From Octopus vulgaris (lineage: Eukaryota): a stretch of 64,000 nt of DNA. The position numbers were made by a program, and so were the translations under genes. How positions within the stretch are numbered: the first letter of the stretch is position 1; each line of letters opens with the position of its first letter. The DNA is taken from the NCBI GenBank assembly GCA_951406725.2, contig OX597815.1, forward strand, positions 141,298,001-141,362,000, given 5' to 3'. Shown here piece by piece: positions 56,333 to 64,000 of this stretch. The notes below the pieces were generated by a model that was not told where the DNA came from, ran no database searches, and saw nothing but the letters and a program-made list of their open reading frames with translations.

Positions 56333-56687
56333 ATAGAATGGTTGTATACTGTCACTGAATATAGATATATACAATTGCGAAGACAAGACAAATATCACCA
56401 GCTGACCGGTGTCTGCTACTCTAGGCCGATGGAGGACAACGATCCTGAAACACGTGTCCCTAGATGCAGCTTCGGCAGCCGGGGGTGTTTGTCTCCTCTT
56501 CGTAAATGTATATAAGGACACAGGGAAAAATGTGTCAAAGCCATCAGGAGGCGTTCGATGCTTCCTAGGGCTATACAGCGGTGGTGTACCCCCTACTGTC
56601 ACGTTCTTGTTAGATTGACAGTATACAACCATTTTATCGTACCACCACCGTACATGTCTCTACGAGAGATTTAGAAATTCAATATTT

Positions 56688-56690
<3 letters not shown>
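56333..56690 (+). mobile_element. Nested (TA)n-embedded non-coding element with 22-bp inverted arms, a hammerhead motif and a 53-nt tail
   Basis: Arms 56333-56354 and 56616-56637; tail 56638-56690 similar to 59572-59623. Confidence 0.8.
56420..56464 (+). ncRNA. Minimal type I hammerhead ribozyme-like motif (variant core)
   Basis: TCTAGG-CCGATGG-AGGA(CAACGA)TCCT-GAAA-CACGTG-TC-CCTAGA: 6-bp stem I, 4-bp stem II, palindromic stem III, GUC cleavage triplet; core differs from CUGANGA at two positions. Confidence 0.72.
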
Positions 56691-56731
<41 letters not shown>

Positions 56732-56939
56732 TACATATATACGACAGGCTTCTTTCAGTTTGCGTCTACCAAATCCACTCACAAGGCTTTGGTCGGCCCG
56801 AGGCTAAAGTAGAAGACACTTGCCCAAGGTGCCACGCGGTGGGACTGAACCCGGAACCATGTGGTTGGTAAACAAACTACTTACCACACAGCCACTCCTG
56901 ATACATAAATTTATATATACATATATATCTGTACATATA

Positions 56940-56991
<52 letters not shown>

Positions 56992-57194
56992 CATACATAT
57001 ATACATACATATATATATATACATGTATACATATATTCATACATGCACGCGCGCACGCACACACACACATATCCATACAGATAAACATATCTGGACTTGG
57101 ATGTGTGGCGGCGTTCAATGAAATATTAACATAAAAAATATATATGCATGCATATATGTGCATATATATATATATATATACATGCATATATAAC

Positions 57195-57238
<44 letters not shown>

Positions 57239-57837
57239 ATATATATATATACATACCTGCCTATATATTTATATATGTATATATATATATATATATAAAA
57301 ACATACGTACAAAAATGTGTGTGTGTGCGCGTATCGACTACACACATACACACTTATACATAGGGGAATAGAAAAATTGAGAAATAGGAAGAGAAAGAGA
57401 GAGATGGAGAGAGAGAGCTTTTGATAGACGACAAATAATAAGGGAGGATTCCTTATACTTCTATTAACTCATTAGCAATCAAATAATTCCCTAGGTCGTT
57501 AATGATCCTTATGATCTAAAATGAACATCGGGGGGAGTCGTTTAGATAAAAAGGATTGTATCATTATAACGGTATTTTACAACGGAAATTCTTTATAGAT
57601 TTACAATTAAGCTCACATCAGCTTTCAACAAAGCTTCATGAAAACATCAAAGTCTCTCAAATTTTTGTTCGTTGAAGATAATACGCCCATATTTGACTTG
57701 AAAGATAAGATATAAAGACGAATGATAAAATACACCACATTTATATTAAGTAAAGTTTGTACAGCATTATTCAGCGCCTATGTATATCTATGTATGTATA
57801 TGTGTGTATGTGTATTAACACATGCATACATACAAAA

Positions 57838-57886
<49 letters not shown>

Positions 57887-57932
57887 GTACTTGTTTCAGT
57901 TATTTGACTGCGGCCATGCTGGAGCACCGCCT

Positions 57933-58091
57933 TTTAGAGTGGTGAAAGAGTACAGCAGGGATATCCCCTGCCGGAGCCTCGTGGAGCTTTTAGGTGTTTT
58001 CGCTCAATAAACACACACAACGCCCGGTCTGGGAATCGAAACCGCGATCCTCCGACCGCAAGTCCGCTGCCCTAACCACTGGGCCATTGCC
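57933..58091 (-). mobile_element. tRNA-derived SINE (family C), adjacent to a family B 3' fragment at 57885-57932
   Basis: Minus strand ggcaatggcccagtggttagggc...ggtttcgattccc (A/B boxes) followed by a non-tRNA body. Confidence 0.87.
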
Positions 58092-58112
58092 ATATATATA
58101 TATATATGGGCC

Positions 58113-58147
<35 letters not shown>

Positions 58148-58315
58148 CATGAATACATACATACATGTATATACATACATACATATATATATATATATAT
58201 CAATATATATAATGAGAGAGAGAGAGAGAGTCGACAATATTAAAAAACAAACAATGCGCGTGTGCGAAATAAAAATGGCGACAATTTACCCATCGCACCT
58301 TGTAAATGTACATAC

Positions 58316-58376
<61 letters not shown>

Positions 58377-58380
<4 letters not shown>

Positions 58381-58585
58381 ATCCAAACAAGAAAGCACAA
58401 AAAAACACGTCAACGCGAGGACGTGGAACAAATATAGTATTTTTGGAAGCTCAGGAAAGAAGGAAAGAAGGAGGGTTTAGCGTTTCGATCGGAGCTCTCG
58501 TCGGAAATATAGAAGAAGGAAAGATCCATAGAAGGGAAGACGGAGGAAAAAAATCGCCAACGGTACACACGCAGTCACATTTTGA

Positions 58586-58590
<5 letters not shown>
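58377..58590 (-). mobile_element. Solo Penelope pLTR-like element with a hammerhead-like motif, in (TA)n
   Basis: Minus strand ATTT-CCGACGA-GAGCTCCGATC-GAAACG-CT-AAAC at 58475-58508; gctcaggaa motif and layout similar to 4322-4450 and 17343-17470. Confidence 0.7.
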
Positions 58591-58630
<40 letters not shown>

Positions 58631-58728
58631 CATGTTATGCACTATATCGATGCGTATCCCCCTTCTACACAATATAATAATGTATGGAAGTGTATCTATA
58701 TTTTTTGTATAACGTAAGATATAACAAT

Positions 58729-58940
58729 CCTTTCTACTATAGGCGCAATGCCTAACAATTTGTAAGAGGTGTGGCTATGTGATAAAATTTTTATCCAGTT
58801 CTCAACTGGTATTTATTTCATCGGTCTTGAAAGGATGAGAGGTAAAGTGAACTTCAATAGAATGTTGAACTCACAACTCATAGCTGGAAGAAATGCTGCT
58901 AAGTATTTGCTCGCTGCGATCAGAACGACTCTGGCACATT
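58729..58940 (-). mobile_element. Diverged SINE (family A)
   Basis: cctttctactataggc, ctcaactggta, gaaaggatgagaggtaaagtgaac, ttgaactca. Confidence 0.75.
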
Positions 58941-59260
58941 GATGCAATAATCGAATGATTAGGATAGGAATAAATGAATTCGCTAACCAAATGACAGTCG
59001 ATTGCTACGGAGTGACACCATAGATGAGCTCTTGACATACAACAGAGGTTAATGTTATTTATTCTGGCAAACAAAGTGCTGAAAATATTAAGCCTATGCA
59101 GGAAGCAAATGTATACATATCAGTGATAATCTATTTTTCATTATATCGTGTCTCTATGCGTCAGAGCAAAGTCATTTATGCGAAATGTTTATTGTAGATT
59201 TTTAAATAAATATGCCAATCACAAATTTGTTATATTGTTTGTGTATGTATGTATATATAT

Positions 59261-59622
59261 ATATTAATAGTTATCGCCAAGCTAATATGGTAGTCCATAA
59301 ATATAAGACTAAAGCTACCGTTGATTAGCTCCAAGAGGCCATCGCCTCTAGCTAGCTATATGACACACGAACCTGTGTCCATTATAACCTTCGAACAGGG
59401 GAGGTCAGCCGATTTCCCTTGCTGGTCAGACATCTGTTCGAAGGTTCTAATGGACACAGGTTCGTGTGTCATATAACTAGCTAGAGGTGATGGCCTCTTG
59501 GAGCTAATCAACGGCAGCTTTAGTCTTATATTTATGGACTACCATATTAGCTTGGCGATAACTATTAATATCCAGTACCGCTGCCGTAGTCTCCTTTAAA
59601 GAGACTTAGAAATTTTAATATT

Positions 59623-59623
<1 letters not shown>
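59261..59623 (+). mobile_element. (TA)n-embedded fold-back element: 138-bp inverted arms, 35-bp spacer, 52-nt tail
   Basis: 59261-59398 is the reverse complement of 59434-59571 with 4 mismatches; tail and internal hairpins resemble those of 56333-56690. Confidence 0.88.
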
Positions 59624-59635
<12 letters not shown>

Positions 59636-59720
<85 letters not shown>

Positions 59721-59800
59721 CGTGTGTGTGTATGTGTGTGTATGTCTGTCTGTCTGTCTGTGTGTGCGTATGTGTGTGTGTGAGAGAGAGAGAGAGAGTA
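59636..59800. repeat. (TG)n/(GA)n microsatellite
   Basis: Directly visible. Confidence 0.97.
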
Positions 59801-60594
59801 TATATGCATGCTTTTGCGAGGTGAACTTTTGCTTGCTCCCCACTATCTTTCGACAGTGATTATACCTGGAAATTAATATCTGTATATGTGTGACAATGGA
59901 AGGTAGATTTAATGTTCGTGCAAATCAATTCCTTCTGGTATAACGTCAAGAAATGACAATTGATTCTGCTTGCATAGCGGTCCACATTGATGTTTATAGG
60001 AGAGATGTGTCTGAACATGATTTGCTCAGAACAAACTTTGAAATTCCGAAATTATCTAATGATATTTAATGAAATTATACCCAATGAAAGTGCACTCAAG
60101 CAATGCAGTATATAGCTAAATAAAGTTCATGTGTTCATTAAAGCCCAGTTTCTATTTCATGGTAATTTGTACATATTCACATAACATAATTATGGTCATG
60201 TAAAATATGATTAAGTATTTCAGGCGCTTCTCTTCTTATGACTTTCGTGTAGTTCCTTTTTCGTGACTGTAGCCTGCATATCTAGAAAATGTAATAAAGC
60301 GAAGTGTTCAGTACAGGTTGCTGTTTGTATCACGTTATTTTCCGTCGGTGGAACAATTGATCGTTAATAAAATTCACATTGGTAATGTCCTAATCTTGTG
60401 GCTGTTGATGTAAAAAAAGTTACTGAGGATTTAACAAAGCATTGAATCTAGACTTCCTTGCGGCCTACTTAATTCCTGACCCTTTCATCATATGTATATA
60501 TGTATATATATATATATATATATTTACATGATTCCATACATTCGTGTATGTGTATATATATGTGTACATATATATATATATATATACACACATG

Positions 60595-60651
<57 letters not shown>

Positions 60652-61349
60652 TCTGCACTATATGGATGCGTATCGCAGTTCAGGCCGGTTCATTTAAAGC
60701 GGACTTTTGTGAAAATGTAGAGAAAAGGTGTAATGATAACAGAGGTACAGAGAAATTTCTCGTACGTAGGAAACGGAAATACCGCACTAAATATTCAAGT
60801 GGAACACCAAACCACGACATGCTCGCATGCTAGATTAGAGAGCGAATACTTGAGATGCTAAGTATAAATGCTAATAGGGTTCAAATATCATCCTATTAAT
60901 TTAAGAACGTTGGATGCAAAAGTGCAGCGTCTTTTAATAGCTGGGGAACTTATTTGATGTATTGTTATGGATCCAAACGCACAAAAAAACGTTTGGAGAA
61001 CACAGGGGTTGACGGTAGCACATGTAATCTCTCTTGATAAATGTTGATCATGTCAGGGTCATTGATCATAATTTAGGGACTTTTGATGTGTGTATATGGT
61101 AAAACACTACTCTTCAGCAAATGACGGAGATGCTGCATAAAGATGCTGTTACCTATTCTTTCCAAATACATCGTATTTCTCCGACTTGAAAATGTTTTGA
61201 AAAAGAAGAGGAATTTAATACAACATGCCATCTAGTAGCTGTTATACAATTATCCGAAAATGTATTTGCAACCAATCTCCCATTTACCTTATTGAAAGAC
61301 ACGGATATTGTTATGATGCTGCGTTATTTTTTTTATTCCTCTATTCTTT

Positions 61350-61415
61350 TTTTTTTCAGTCATTTGACTGCAACTATGCTGGAGCACCGCCTTTAGTCGA
61401 ACAAATCGACCACAG
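61350..61415 (-). mobile_element. SINE family B 3' fragment; head remnant at about 61655-61690
   Basis: tttcagtcatttgactgc...atgctggagcaccgcctttagtcgaacaaatcgacc; gctacttaccacacagccactcc. Confidence 0.78.
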
Positions 61416-63961
61416 CTAAATGAGTTACTGAGCGCAACTGCAGCTGACAAATGTTTGAGACCCAGTGAGGATTTCTTATATGAAAAAAGGAAAAGCAATG
61501 TTATACAACAAATTCCCCACTAAATCCCTTAAAAAAACAAGTGACTACCGTGCAGCAGTCGTGCCTCTTCAACTGTTCTTCGATTAAAGACGGCTACCAG
61601 CGCACTTCTTGACAGTGTTCAATCAAATAAGCAACTAACAAACGTGCATGCGTATGCAAGCTACTTACCACACAGCCACTCCGGCGCCTTGAATATTTTT
61701 CTTCATTTTCTTCATCATATCTCTAAGTGGTCGCAAAATTATACTTAAATAGAAATAGGAATAAACGTCAAGAAATTGTTTCAGCCAAAGCAATAATATG
61801 TGTGCCAGGAAATTTTGGTAGTAATTTTAGATTTTTACAGGGCCCGGGTTTTGCAACCTATCGCGTAGCGTCTTTGCTAAATGTGTTTTCATATGCATTC
61901 AGGCAGACATAAATACTTTGGATAAACTTTTTCAGAATAAATTAATTTTGAGTGAAATTATAGATTCAAATTGGTCAAACGTCGTCAAACAAATTATGCT
62001 TACGTATTATGCATTAAAGTTTCTAATGTGTGCGTTTATTTGTTTGTTTATGCATGTGATAGGTGTTTGTCAGTGTTGTGTTTACGCGGTGGTGGTTTTG
62101 TCGGCATACTTGATTGGCTCATTGTAAGGCTTACACACTAATAAATTGAGCCTCTGTTGAAATTGTAACGCTTCATTTTCAGTTATCGTGTCATGTTTCA
62201 CCTGAATGTTAGATAGTCTGACTCTAACCCATATATTATTTATCTGTTGGTGTCTTTAAAAGTGTTTTCTCTTCAACCTTACCGTCAGTAGATGCCCTTT
62301 TAACATCCATTAAAAACACCATCTATTAAATACCCCTTCACTATGAACTCAATTTATTAATATATCCACAAGAATAATGGTGACCACCCATAAACAAACG
62401 ATGCGGACACACACACACACACATAGACACATACACATGCATGTGACCATCTTCCCATACCATACATTCATGCATAGAAATATCCAAATATAAATTCAAA
62501 AAATTACAAATTGCTATGCGCACACACACATGTACATACACACACGTGTACATACACACATGCACAAAACTATTGGTATAAAAACAATTCCATAAAGAAA
62601 GAATGTCCTCGCAATGTAACCCCGCAAAGATCACTCAGCCGTGGAATGCACCATTTATTCAATATATAACTATAGAGACACACTGAATTACTATCACAAA
62701 TATAACCATTAAAACGAAATATAAATTAAGAACCTTACAAACACAAAATAAAAGAAAACAACTAAAAAATTATAGATTATGAATAACAATAATTACATAA
62801 ATAGAAAAAGAAATAATTCAACAAAAGCGCTCAGTTACATCATACCAATAAACCATAGATAAATGAATAACACTCCTCACCTACAACTTCAAGAAATACA
62901 AGAGCAACATCAGAGAAAACATGAAAAATGGAAAACATGAAAAATTTAACCGACCAACGAATACAAACACTAGGACACGTATTTATACCCCCATTATCCA
63001 GTAATAATATTTCACCCGAAGATCGTAATTGCACGAAACTCGAGTCCTGACGCAAATTCTCCATTTCACTTTCAATATAAAATTACGTGTGTGTATGTGT
63101 GTGTGTGTGTGCATGTTAGTGTAGTTTTTATATGAAATTGGTGCATAGATAACATATGTTTTGGGTAAAAGCTATATACATATATCAAGCCGTATGCATA
63201 TATGTTATATAAGTTGAATTGACAACTAATGGTATGATGCAAACACTAAGAATAGATTAACTGACTCTTCTTGTAAGGATACATAGAATAACAGCAATGA
63301 TAAACTTATACAATAGCCAAGAATGAGGATGGAAGATGGTCACTTATGCCTTTGACATTCTCTATATACGTAAAGTCACCCACACAGCGAATGTGTCTGC
63401 GTAAAACGCGCATTTGAATTATTGATTTGTGAGGAACTTCAAGTCGTACTTGTGAGAGTGTAAATAGAATTGTGGAAATCTATTAGACCTGTAATATAGC
63501 AGGTAGCTTGCAACATTATTCTTTCTCTTGGTGATCCTTAAGAATTGTTAAACATTATGATGATGTCTACGTAATCATTATTATGAACATCACAGTCGTA
63601 AACTATAATGCATAAATGTATAAGGAACATTAAAACAAATTCCAGTCTGTAGAAAAAACACTGTCCGAATAGCAATGCAGTAATAGCAATGCAATAAAAG
63701 CAATGCAGCAAACGTTATGAAATAACCATTGTTTTATAAAAAAAATGTATTTCCATTTGTCTTTATAGTATATGTAATCTCATGTGTATTTATGAGTGTA
63801 TGCTTGGGTGCATGCGTCTCAACGTGTCTGTGTGCTGTGTGTCCGTATGTACGTGTGCGTGTCTGTGTGCGGTCCTCTATGTATGTATATACGTATATAA
63901 GTACACATTTGTGTATAAATATAGCTATATCTATACCAAAGTATGTACAAATTTATATATA

Positions 63962-64000
<39 letters not shown>

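Larger units (their letters stand above)
56085..56900 (-). mobile_element. tRNA-derived CORE-type SINE (family B), split at its internal microsatellite by a nested insertion
   Basis: Head at 56740-56900 (caggagtggctgtgtggtaag..gggttcagtccc..ccttgggcaagtg on the minus strand); 3' part at 56085-56310. Confidence 0.9.

Noticed and set aside
58638-60675. 21-bp near-identical sequence tgcactatat(c/g)gatgcgtatc at about 58638 and 60654
   Set aside because: Too short and next to low-complexity tracts; no further similarity or element boundaries visible

Overview
AT-rich, microsatellite-saturated eukaryotic DNA. The tRNA-derived SINE families and repeat landscape look like a cephalopod (Octopus-like) intron or intergenic region; this is inference. 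No host protein-coding gene, rRNA, bona fide tRNA or CRISPR array is supportable, and nearly all listed ORFs are microsatellite read-throughs or antisense shadows of transposons. The window is a transposon graveyard: several restriction-like-endonuclease (R4/Dong-like, HERO-like) LINEs, a decayed Penelope-like element (RT + GIY-YIG), two mariner fossils, a Chapaev3 fragment, an L1/Tx1 3' end, non-autonomous Helitrons, MITEs and about 15 SINE copies or fragments. Two signals stand out. (1) Small non-coding elements are embedded in (TA)n tracts with a shared 'inverted arm - body - arm - ~45-50 nt tail' layout, covarying hairpins and minimal or variant type I hammerhead ribozyme folds (clearest at 56420-56464). 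(2) A circularly permuted R4/Dong-like LINE (26014-29288) has its 3' half upstream of its 5' half and is bounded by a 29-bp direct repeat of internal ORF sequence. All coordinates and alignments were read by eye.
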